From NCBI GenBank assembly GCA_029062985.1, contig JAIDPA010000188.1:7684-71683 (forward strand): a stretch of 64,000 bases of DNA, in the 5' to 3' direction. The notes under the pieces are model-generated. The model did not search any database. It had not been told where the DNA came from and saw nothing but the letters and a program-made list of their open reading frames with translations. This document shows, piece after piece, positions 46,667-54,414 of this stretch (the first letter of the stretch is position 1; each line of letters opens with the position of its first letter). The position numbers and the translations under genes were made by a program. This DNA comes from Muribaculaceae bacterium (lineage in GTDB: Bacteria > Bacteroidota > Bacteroidia > Bacteroidales > Muribaculaceae).

Positions 46667-47796
46667 GTCAGGCTTCGTCAAGCGTTACCCTTACGCGCAT
46701 TAAGAATGGAATGAGCTACGGCGCCATGTTCGTAATCAGCAAGGGTGATCTGTGGCAGGATTACAACGCTCAGAAGATAGCGCCAGATTTCACCGTGGCT
46801 GCTAACCAGCCTGAGGTGAAGTTCGTATGCACTACTTCCGAGGGCAGCGTTCCCGACACGATAGAGATCTACTGGGATGACGTACGCGTTACCTTCGCCT
46901 CACTGACAGCAGGAAGCCTAAACACGGCGAGCGCGGGACTCGCCGCAGGAACAATCAAGATAGTGCAGGGAGGCCCGCAGTCAAACAATACCCGCCTTCC
47001 GTGGATATTGCGTTTCGTAAAGAATATCGCTGTGCCTACTGCCGGGACACTCGCGAGCCATGTGCTGAAGATAGTCGGCGTCTTCGCGTCAGGCAAGGCA
47101 GAGCATGCGAGGAGCTTCGAGATGCGCCCTCTTACTGACTCCGGTGAGAGCGTGCATATCCAGCCGAGCCAGTCTGACCCCAGTCCGTTTGTCGTTGACC
47201 AGAACAAGGCCAACTCCTCAACCACGCTTGTGGCTCAGATATACCAGGGGGGTAAGCCGCTATCGACTCCCGGAAGCGACTTCACATACCAATGGTATAA
47301 GCAGGATTCCTCTCAGTCAAGCGGCTGGCAGACCCTTGCTGGAAAGACTTCCTCATCCCTGACGGTAACGAAAGATGATGTAGACACGTACGCGCAGTAC
47401 CGCGTGGTGGTTTCCCATAACGGAAACACCTTCTCCGATACGCAGTCTGTCATGGACATAGGAGACCCGTATGAGGTCGGCATCGGTGTGTATTCCGACA
47501 GTGGGTGCACCTCCTCAGCCTCTCCGAACATGAACGGGGATGTCTCGTCAACAGAAAAGAGGGTATTCAAGGCTTCGCTTGTAAGCAGGAACGGAGGGGC
47601 TGTCCCTACCATCCTGAACTGCTGCTGGATGATAACTGGAGTTGACGGGGTGCTCCTAAACACATGGAGCTCGAACACCAATTCCCACGGTATCGCCAAG
47701 AGCACATACAGCACGCTGACATTGAGCGTGCCGGCTGCATGGCTTGACGAGATAGGGGCGCAGAGCGTGGACATCACGGCACAGGTATCATTCTGA
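46663..47796 (+). CDS. Tail protein with Ig-like domain
   Basis: FTYQWYK...SSLTVT...YRVVV. Confidence 0.7.
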   Translation: MSQASSSVTLTRIKNGMSYGAMFVISKGDLWQDYNAQKIAPDFTVAANQPEVKFVCTTSEGSVPDTIEIYWDDVRVTFASLTAGSLNTASAGLAAGTIKIVQGGPQSNNTRLPWILRFVKNIAVPTAGTLASHVLKIVGVFASGKAEHARSFEMRPLTDSGESVHIQPSQSDPSPFVVDQNKANSSTTLVAQIYQGGKPLSTPGSDFTYQWYKQDSSQSSGWQTLAGKTSSSLTVTKDDVDTYAQYRVVVSHNGNTFSDTQSVMDIGDPYEVGIGVYSDSGCTSSASPNMNGDVSSTEKRVFKASLVSRNGGAVPTILNCCWMITGVDGVLLNTWSSNTNSHGIAKSTYSTLTLSVPAAWLDEIGAQSVDITAQVSF

Positions 47797-47802
47797 GGGA
47801 CT

Positions 47803-49035
47803 ATGGCGACACTGAGCAATACGATCACGCTGACCCGCATCAAGAAAGGAGTGGACGGAAAGACCTATCAGCCTATCCGCATCCGTCTTTGGGAAGACGT
47901 GCCTGTGAATACATCTGGAACTCCCTCCGAGGATGGCTACATTTGGGATGGCGTGAATGACGGCGCTCCGTTCACCGATGTTGTCTATGTGCGTGTGAAT
48001 GGAGCCAATGTCTATTACCGGTGCATCAAGAACTGCACGAGAGTGTCGGGAAAGCAGCCTTCTGATAGTTACTATACCGGCTATCTGAGGCAGGCATCAA
48101 GTTTTGATATGGTTGCCACCAAAGTGCTTCTCGCCGGTAATGCAGTCATAGACCTTCTTGGCACCAATGCCGTCAATATTTTCAACGGACAGGGAACCTT
48201 GACAGGGCAGGTAAAGGGAAGCGCCCAGTCAAGCGACATGATGATGTGGCTGGGAGGAAACCAGGGCAGTCCCATGTTCGGAGTAACGGGGCTGGGACAG
48301 GTTTACTTCGGCGGCATATCCGGGCAGCACATAGAGATAGACCCCGTGCAGAAGGAGATGCGTGTCTACGATTCCTCAAATAACCTTGTGGCGACACACT
48401 CGGGCAGGGACATTTCGCTTGCGGAGGCAGTTCCTAATGCAGGGACGACTGTAACGAAGAGTGTCGCAGCCGGATTTTCAGGAGAACTGTCATCACCGGG
48501 CAATGCAAACGGATTCTATACCACCGAGCAGAAGAAGACGCTTTCTGGAGGAAGCGCAGTCGCGACTAACGGCGCTTTGAAGATAACCGTGCCTTCGTAC
48601 AGTCTTTCAGCGAGAGTCGGAAAGAACGATTCTTCCTCTCGCGCCACTATGGAACTGCGTCTTCAGGTGCATGTCAACGGATCGCTGAAGATTGACACGC
48701 CTATAGCCTCCCATTCATCAACCAATTCTGCTGCAGTGTACAAGACCACGACAGCGACCACATATACCTGTCCCCTGTATGCCGGGGACGTGTGGCAGGT
48801 AGATGTGGTGCTCAGGCTCAACACGTACAGCTCGAAAGGAGACTCCGGAACCTACACAGCCACGAGCTCGAGCAATATTGTAGTAGACTTTGTGGCTGCG
48901 TGGTACCGATGCCATTATGGAGCCAACGGTTGGGTGATAAGCTACAATTCCAACAACTACGAGTATTGCCTTGTCATTGGAGGGAAGCTGCATCGCAAGA
49001 TAGTTTCTAACGGAAATACGATATTAACAACTTAA
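47803..49035 (+). CDS. Tail fibre/spike protein
   Basis: Ser/Thr/Gly-rich; VATKVLLA motif. Confidence 0.65.
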   Translation: MATLSNTITLTRIKKGVDGKTYQPIRIRLWEDVPVNTSGTPSEDGYIWDGVNDGAPFTDVVYVRVNGANVYYRCIKNCTRVSGKQPSDSYYTGYLRQASSFDMVATKVLLAGNAVIDLLGTNAVNIFNGQGTLTGQVKGSAQSSDMMMWLGGNQGSPMFGVTGLGQVYFGGISGQHIEIDPVQKEMRVYDSSNNLVATHSGRDISLAEAVPNAGTTVTKSVAAGFSGELSSPGNANGFYTTEQKKTLSGGSAVATNGALKITVPSYSLSARVGKNDSSSRATMELRLQVHVNGSLKIDTPIASHSSTNSAAVYKTTTATTYTCPLYAGDVWQVDVVLRLNTYSSKGDSGTYTATSSSNIVVDFVAAWYRCHYGANGWVISYNSNNYEYCLVIGGKLHRKIVSNGNTILTT

Positions 49036-49045
49036 ATTTGAGAAT

Positions 49046-49975
49046 ATGAGTGAAACAAAAAAATTTTCAGACTGTCCAGTCGCTTCCGATGAAGGGATGC
49101 TTCTGTGTGTGGACGGGGCAGGAAATGTGAGGAGGGTAAGCCGCGACACTGTAGTAAACCAGTCCAAGAGTGCTGGTTTTAACTCTCCGCAGTGGGTGAG
49201 GCTATTTCAGTTTACAAGCACCAATGTAATATTCCAACTGGCAAAAAATTATTATTCACAGGGAGGCGGAAGTATTGCTATCCTGGCATCATTGCATCCT
49301 ACTCTGGAGTATAATGGGTTGGTCGTGCTTGGAAGGGCATTGAACAGAAACCTCGTCAATCCTTTCGGGAAAATGCGATTGGTTGGGAACGGCTCTACGG
49401 GGTATCTTGATTTTTATTATCAGTATACCGACTACAATGACCTTTATCTGACGGTGTTCCCGACATATAGGAATGTGACGTTGCTTATGGAGGGGAATGC
49501 GACAGTGCCTAACGGCTTTACTGTCAAAGAGGTAGACATTTCGGGGGGGGTAATCGCTTCGCTATTAATACATTACAAAGGAGGGCGGCATGAGTGTGGT
49601 GAAGAAATTATCAGACCTGGGGATTGCTGCCTCACTTTTAGGGATGTCGATGATTGCTGTGGACACCTCGGGAAACTTGTTGAGGACATTCAGCCTTATT
49701 CCGACTCCTTATACTGCGGATTGCTTGGACGCGGACGAGGCACCTCCCGGTTGGTCAAGATTAAGGACAAACACGGTGAACCTCCCGGCAAATGGAAACG
49801 GAGGGTTTCTGCTGACAATGCAGTACGACACCTACGCGAAATTACAATTATTCGCCCAATTCGATTCGGGAGGTCCTTACCTTTGGATGCGGAGACGTGC
49901 CAACCAGGAATGGCAGGACTGGAAGAAGTTTCAGTTTGTGACTTGAAAGACAGAAAGGAGGTAGCTTATGTCTGA
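49046..49975 (+). CDS. RBP cassette A (core 49046-49550), read through the G8 tract into the long bypass frame in this sequence
   Basis: MSETKKFS..DGAGNVRR N-terminus; G8 at 49543-49550; stop overlaps the start of cassette C. Confidence 0.7.
   Translation: MSETKKFSDCPVASDEGMLLCVDGAGNVRRVSRDTVVNQSKSAGFNSPQWVRLFQFTSTNVIFQLAKNYYSQGGGSIAILASLHPTLEYNGLVVLGRALNRNLVNPFGKMRLVGNGSTGYLDFYYQYTDYNDLYLTVFPTYRNVTLLMEGNATVPNGFTVKEVDISGGVIASLLIHYKGGRHECGEEIIRPGDCCLTFRDVDDCCGHLGKLVEDIQPYSDSLYCGLLGRGRGTSRLVKIKDKHGEPPGKWKRRVSADNAVRHLREITIIRPIRFGRSLPLDAETCQPGMAGLEEVSVCDLKDRKEVAYV
49590..49946 (+). CDS. RBP cassette B, pyocin-knob-like
   Basis: D.DEAPPGW...NLP...GFLL...QLF...WMR...WQDWK. Confidence 0.7.
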   Translation: MSVVKKLSDLGIAASLLGMSMIAVDTSGNLLRTFSLIPTPYTADCLDADEAPPGWSRLRTNTVNLPANGNGGFLLTMQYDTYAKLQLFAQFDSGGPYLWMRRRANQEWQDWKKFQFVT

Positions 49976-50510
49976 GGTAAAGAGATTCTCGCAAGTTCAG
50001 ACAGCTTCCACCATAGGAGATAACGAAACTCTCCTGCTAATAGATGCACAGGGCAATGTCAAGAGAGTAAGCCTCAGTAGTCTGCTATCAAGCGTGAGCG
50101 GAAGGAACCTTATTCTAAATTCAGCCACACCCAGAAGCGGTCAGTATGGTATTGGAGGTTCATTCTCCCTTTCCACACCATTGCAGAGGGGAAAGAAATA
50201 TACAATCTCTGTCTTTGGCGTGAAGAGAGGAGAAGGAAAGACATCCCTCCAATTATGGAACTGGGGAGGAATGGCGAATCTGGTACATCTAAATAAGATT
50301 TCCTCCAATTCTACTGGGGACACTTACAGCGGGACATTTACTGTGTCTTCCTCCTCAGACGAGTTAAGGCTTTCAAAAGTAGAGCTGATAGATTTCCCGA
50401 GTTCAGTCACGAATGCCACTTCCTTTGAGTGTATAAAACTTGAAGAGGGGAATGTAGGCACAATGTGGACTCCGGCACCCGAAGATATTGCAACAAAAAA
50501 TGGGGGGTAA
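49968..50510 (+). CDS. RBP cassette C, carbohydrate-binding-like
   Basis: GRNLILNS...KLEEGNVGTMWTPAPED; ends in G6-TAA. Confidence 0.7.
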   Translation: MSEVKRFSQVQTASTIGDNETLLLIDAQGNVKRVSLSSLLSSVSGRNLILNSATPRSGQYGIGGSFSLSTPLQRGKKYTISVFGVKRGEGKTSLQLWNWGGMANLVHLNKISSNSTGDTYSGTFTVSSSSDELRLSKVELIDFPSSVTNATSFECIKLEEGNVGTMWTPAPEDIATKNGG

Positions 50511-50561
50511 AACGCTATCGCTTAATAATTTATGTAATCTTACAGAAAGGAGGGTTGCGTA

Positions 50562-50861
50562 ATGGCAGAAGCGAAGGTCTTGAGCAACACAGTGCTGAAG
50601 GGAATCTTGACGGATTTATTATGGCTGCGTGGGACATGTGTGGATATGGATGTGGTAACACAGACAGGCATCTTCTCAGTTCAGAATACAACCCAGAATT
50701 TGCCTTCGGGAGCCTATCAGTGGGGATTTCTATTTCAGTTCTACTATGGAAGCTCTCTCTGGATGCAGATTTATATTCCTCATCATTCGGACCTATATGT
50801 GAGGATACGCTACAACGCCATGACGAGCGTGTGGCGCAAATTATCCTCCACAAGCACCTAA
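50562..50861 (+). CDS. RBP cassette D, pyocin-knob-like
   Basis: DMD.VTQTGIF...NLP...WGFL...QIY...YVR...WRK. Confidence 0.75.
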   Translation: MAEAKVLSNTVLKGILTDLLWLRGTCVDMDVVTQTGIFSVQNTTQNLPSGAYQWGFLFQFYYGSSLWMQIYIPHHSDLYVRIRYNAMTSVWRKLSSTST

Positions 50862-50883
50862 ACGGTAGAAAGGGGGTGGCTGC

Positions 50884-51186
50884 ATGAGTGAAGCGAAGAT
50901 ACTGACTGAAACTGCATTGGCAGCCATCTCTCCGAACACAATTATGTATCGCGGTTATCTGTCGGGCGATTTGAATGATGTCAGGCAGACCGGAATGTAT
51001 TTGTGTTACAATTCCACCTTAACCAACGCTCCATTGTCCCACCCTTTTTATTTTGTTCTGGTCTTCAACATCAGCGGCAGGATAATCCAACAGGCGATAA
51101 GCTCAACAGGAGAATACGTATATCAGAGATCCCTTTGGGATAATGTCTGGTACCCGTGGAGATTTATAAAGTTTCAATCATTTTAG
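50884..51186 (+). CDS. RBP cassette E, pyocin-knob-like
   Basis: DLNDVRQTGMY...NAP...YQR...WYPWR. Confidence 0.75.
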   Translation: MSEAKILTETALAAISPNTIMYRGYLSGDLNDVRQTGMYLCYNSTLTNAPLSHPFYFVLVFNISGRIIQQAISSTGEYVYQRSLWDNVWYPWRFIKFQSF

Positions 51187-51258
51187 ACAGATTTATTAAA
51201 ACTCCTATGTGAAGAACTTCTATCTATACGTCAAACTGAGATAATATTTCGCATAGAG

Positions 51259-51300
51259 AAGGGATTCTAAGCACATTGAACCACGGTTAGAATCCCTTTT
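51259..51300 (+). terminator. Terminator of the late operon
   Basis: AAGGGATTCTAA / TTAGAATCCCTT followed by T residues. Confidence 0.65.
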
Positions 51301-51324
51301 AAATTTATACAAAAAGTAAAAATG

Positions 51325-51395
51325 AGTTACATTTCGTTTTTTATGGTTGAACGTTTCGTTTTTGGGAAGTAGAACATTTCGTTTTGCGGATTATA
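51325..51395 (-). repeat. Right end with three probable transposase binding sites
   Basis: ACATTTCGTTTT, ACGTTTCGTTTT, ACATTTCGTTTT at 23-22 bp spacing. Confidence 0.85.
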
Positions 51396-51399
51396 TGTG

Positions 51400-51756
51400 T
51401 TCGATCAGCAGATAGAAGCTCAGAAATATATGGAGGAGTTTGGTTGCCGAATCATGTCGTGGGGACCTCTTGCTGAAGGACGAAACAATTTCTTTACAAA
51501 TCCGGTGCTTGAAGCTATCGGTAAGAAGTATGGTAAGAGTGTGGCTCAGGTAGCTCTCCGCTGGCTTATTCAGCGTGGTGTAATAATCATTCCAAAATCA
51601 GTCCATATAGAACGCATGGAGCAGAATCTCGATATTCTGGATTTCACGCTAAGCGATGAGGATATGGCTGAAATTGCCAGACTTGATACCGGAAAGAGCC
51701 TCTTCTTTGATCATCATGATCCCGAAGTAGTCAAGATGTTCATGGGCTGGCGTTGA
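51400..51756 (+). pseudogene. Aldo/keto reductase, 3' part
   Basis: FDQQ...SWGPL...AQVALRW...IPKS; joins 13739-14221 in frame to give 279 aa. Confidence 0.95.
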
Positions 51757-51795
51757 TAAATCTTTTTTCTGATAGACCCACATAACCGATAAAGG

Positions 51796-52632
51796 TTACG
51801 TGGGTTTATTTTTTGCTCCTGCCGTGCGGAATTTTATTGGCGACATGCCTAAGTGTTTCATACAGAAGCGACTGAAATAGCTTGGCGATGAAAAATTCAT
51901 TTCATCCGCTATCTGAGATATTGATAAGGTATTGGCTTTGAGATAGCTTAGGGCGATTGCTGTGGCGGCGTTAGTGATATAAGAGGAGGCACTTTTCCCT
52001 GTGACTCGTTTTATTGTGTCTGAAAGATATTTTGGCGTTACGTGTAATTGGGCTGCATAGTGTGCCACTTCTCTTTGAGTCTTAGGGCGTCCTCCCTGTA
52101 TCAAAGTGAAGAATTGAGTTGTGATATAGCCGACACGGTCAGTGGTCAGGATATTCTCATTTGTTTTGGCATGGAAGTCAAACAAATCATATATCATTGT
52201 CTGCAAAAGACTCCCCATCAACTCTTGATAGAAACGGTGGTCGGTATTTTCAATCCTGTTTTTGATGTTGGTTAAGTCTATCCTGAAACGTTCTGCGTCC
52301 CTATCTGAGACCTTAATGATAGGGTTATCAAACAGACTCACGCAGCCTTGAATTGAATAATTGTTGGCAGGAAGAAGATTATGGAGGAATTTATCGGGAG
52401 CGGCAATATACTCACAATGAAAATTCTCATCTGCGCTTATGTCAGAAACTAATTTAGGATGGGAAATTACCGCAATATCATTTTTTGAGATAGAGAAACG
52501 GCGGTCGTTGTATAAGAAGCTTCCTTCTCCTTCAGTACATATCAGATGCACGACGCAGTCATAGAAAGCCGGAGAGTTGATAAGACTGAACTCCTCGGAA
52601 AATACAATCATTTCATGAAGATGCTTTGCCAT
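51796..52632 (-). CDS. AraC family regulator
   Basis: YAAQLHVTPKYLS...ISQIADEMNFSSPSYFSRF. Confidence 0.92.
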   Translation of the reverse strand: MAKHLHEMIVFSEEFSLINSPAFYDCVVHLICTEGEGSFLYNDRRFSISKNDIAVISHPKLVSDISADENFHCEYIAAPDKFLHNLLPANNYSIQGCVSLFDNPIIKVSDRDAERFRIDLTNIKNRIENTDHRFYQELMGSLLQTMIYDLFDFHAKTNENILTTDRVGYITTQFFTLIQGGRPKTQREVAHYAAQLHVTPKYLSDTIKRVTGKSASSYITNAATAIALSYLKANTLSISQIADEMNFSSPSYFSRFCMKHLGMSPIKFRTAGAKNKPT

Positions 52633-52793
52633 ATTGCAAATTTAATGAAATTGGTTAAAGCATACAAGATTTGACGGCATTATGAGAAACAGTAGATTCT
52701 GTTTTGACTGAGGAATTTTTTCATTTAAGTAGAATATAGTATTGTGTAAATTGCCATTAGTTTATAATTTTGTGTCGTAAAAAGTTATGAACT

Positions 52794-54284
52794 ATGGCAA
52801 TTATTCTCAGAGCTTTAGTCGCGTTAATTCTAATTATCTCCCTGTCAGGATGCAATGCTGATGAAAATATAGCTGATGCAGATGAAATACGTCAGACAGC
52901 TATCTCACGTCTTCAAGCGGGAAAGACGTATATGCTCATGGATGGATTTGACGATGCAATTGCATATTATAAGGCTAAAAATGACACGACCAATCTTTTA
53001 GAGACATATCAGCTGGCGGCGATTAAGATGAAATGGAAAGGAGAGCAGGATTCCGCAGCCCTGTATCTTCAGGAAGCTCTCATATTCGCCGGTAAAAATA
53101 CTTCTCCATCTAAAGGAGATATTTATAATGACTTAGCTGCCCTTTATTCTCGTCCCCTTCTGGATAAAGATTATCATAAGGCAATTGAATTTTCACATAA
53201 GGCTGCTTCTGAGGAGCCAGGAGGTTATAATGCCCGGATGCTTCATGATATAGGTATCTTTTACGCTTTCCTGAATGAAAACGATTCCGCAAAGACTTAT
53301 TTAGAAAGGGCAATAAAAGAGACCCCTGCCGGTTCGCCCTATTATTCAACATTTGCCCTTAATTATGCCGGTTTGTCTGTTCAGGACTTTGATAAAAGTA
53401 TATCCTATCTCGACAGTATTGAGTCAGGACACCTCGGAATGTTAATCTCAAAAGGATTTCTTTATCTGAACCATGGGCAGCTTGATTCAGCAAATTCGTA
53501 TCTCAGACAATCTCAAGTCTTATACGATAATTCACCGGAAACCTATTCCATAAATACATACAATAACCTCCGTCTTCTTTCTAACTGTGTGAGTTATGCG
53601 ACGACCGGTAAAGTATATCCGGGAGAAGGTACTGAAGTAAACGATTCCATAAGCGAGCGTATGTCCCTTAATAGGAGGATTAATGCAGAAATCACAGAAC
53701 ATAACTCACGACTTGAAATAGAATTGCTGGAATCTGCCAACAGAATGCAACGAATATGGATCGGTATCCTTGTATTAGCGTTATGCCTATCTTTTTTGGG
53801 CGGATGGTTATTCTGGAAGAATAAACGTAATTTATTAAATCTCCATAAAGAACTTGAGATACTCAGGCGTAATCAGATCATAATTGAAGCTGAAGATAAT
53901 GAGGCGGAGGATTCGCGTTCATTTGAGATAATTGCAAAACGAGCTGAAATGTGTATCAACCGCTTCAGGGAGACAGGGCTGCTTGAGACAATTCAAAAAG
54001 GAGAGTCATGCTATAACGATAATAATTCCTATCTTTCGATAAAGGAGCGGACTGAAATCCGACAGGCACTCCTCGAATGTTTTGCCGATTTTATTATTGA
54101 CCTTAAGATGGACGCAGGTCGTCTCGCCATGGATGACATTATAACAGCCGTACTGTCGGTGATGCGTGCCTCCAACTCTGCGATAGCTGCTTGCATGGGT
54201 GTCTCAGCCGGAGCGATACGAACCAGAAAGACGCGTCTGAAGGGTAAATTGTTAAAAGTGATGTCTGATTTTGTATTTGCGTGA
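52794..54284 (+). CDS. TPR-containing membrane sensor with C-terminal HTH
   Basis: Lipobox LSGC, TPR-like helices, TM, IAACMGVSAGAIRTRKTRL. Confidence 0.75.
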   Translation: MAIILRALVALILIISLSGCNADENIADADEIRQTAISRLQAGKTYMLMDGFDDAIAYYKAKNDTTNLLETYQLAAIKMKWKGEQDSAALYLQEALIFAGKNTSPSKGDIYNDLAALYSRPLLDKDYHKAIEFSHKAASEEPGGYNARMLHDIGIFYAFLNENDSAKTYLERAIKETPAGSPYYSTFALNYAGLSVQDFDKSISYLDSIESGHLGMLISKGFLYLNHGQLDSANSYLRQSQVLYDNSPETYSINTYNNLRLLSNCVSYATTGKVYPGEGTEVNDSISERMSLNRRINAEITEHNSRLEIELLESANRMQRIWIGILVLALCLSFLGGWLFWKNKRNLLNLHKELEILRRNQIIIEAEDNEAEDSRSFEIIAKRAEMCINRFRETGLLETIQKGESCYNDNNSYLSIKERTEIRQALLECFADFIIDLKMDAGRLAMDDIITAVLSVMRASNSAIAACMGVSAGAIRTRKTRLKGKLLKVMSDFVFA

Positions 54285-54311
54285 TTAGCAATATATTGAA
54301 TTGAAATAGAA

Positions 54312-54341
54312 ACAATAGTGAAACGCCTGTTTCACTATTGT
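54312..54341. terminator. 13-bp perfect hairpin (terminator or operator)
   Basis: ACAATAGTGAAAC-GCCT-GTTTCACTATTGT. Confidence 0.55.
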
Positions 54342-54414
54342 AACCAAGCTGTAACGCTGAATTTTCCGGATATAAGAATACGGGTCATACCTTTGCAAAA
54401 AAATTTCAAAGGAT

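Larger units (their letters stand above)
14222..51395. mobile_element. Mu-like transposable prophage, about 37.2 kb
   Basis: Inverted ends TATAGGGCACAAAACGAA / TTCGTTTTGCGGATTATA, flanking duplication, split AKR gene, MuA/MuB/Gam/MuF/portal genes. Confidence 0.95.

Noticed and set aside
50465-50887. Independent 140-aa gene
   Set aside because: No credible start or protein-like composition; interpreted as the bypass frame of tract 2.
47803-51395. Diversity-generating retroelement or Gin-type invertible segment in the tail-fibre region
   Set aside because: No reverse transcriptase, no TR/VR repeat pair and no invertase; all cassettes are on one strand.
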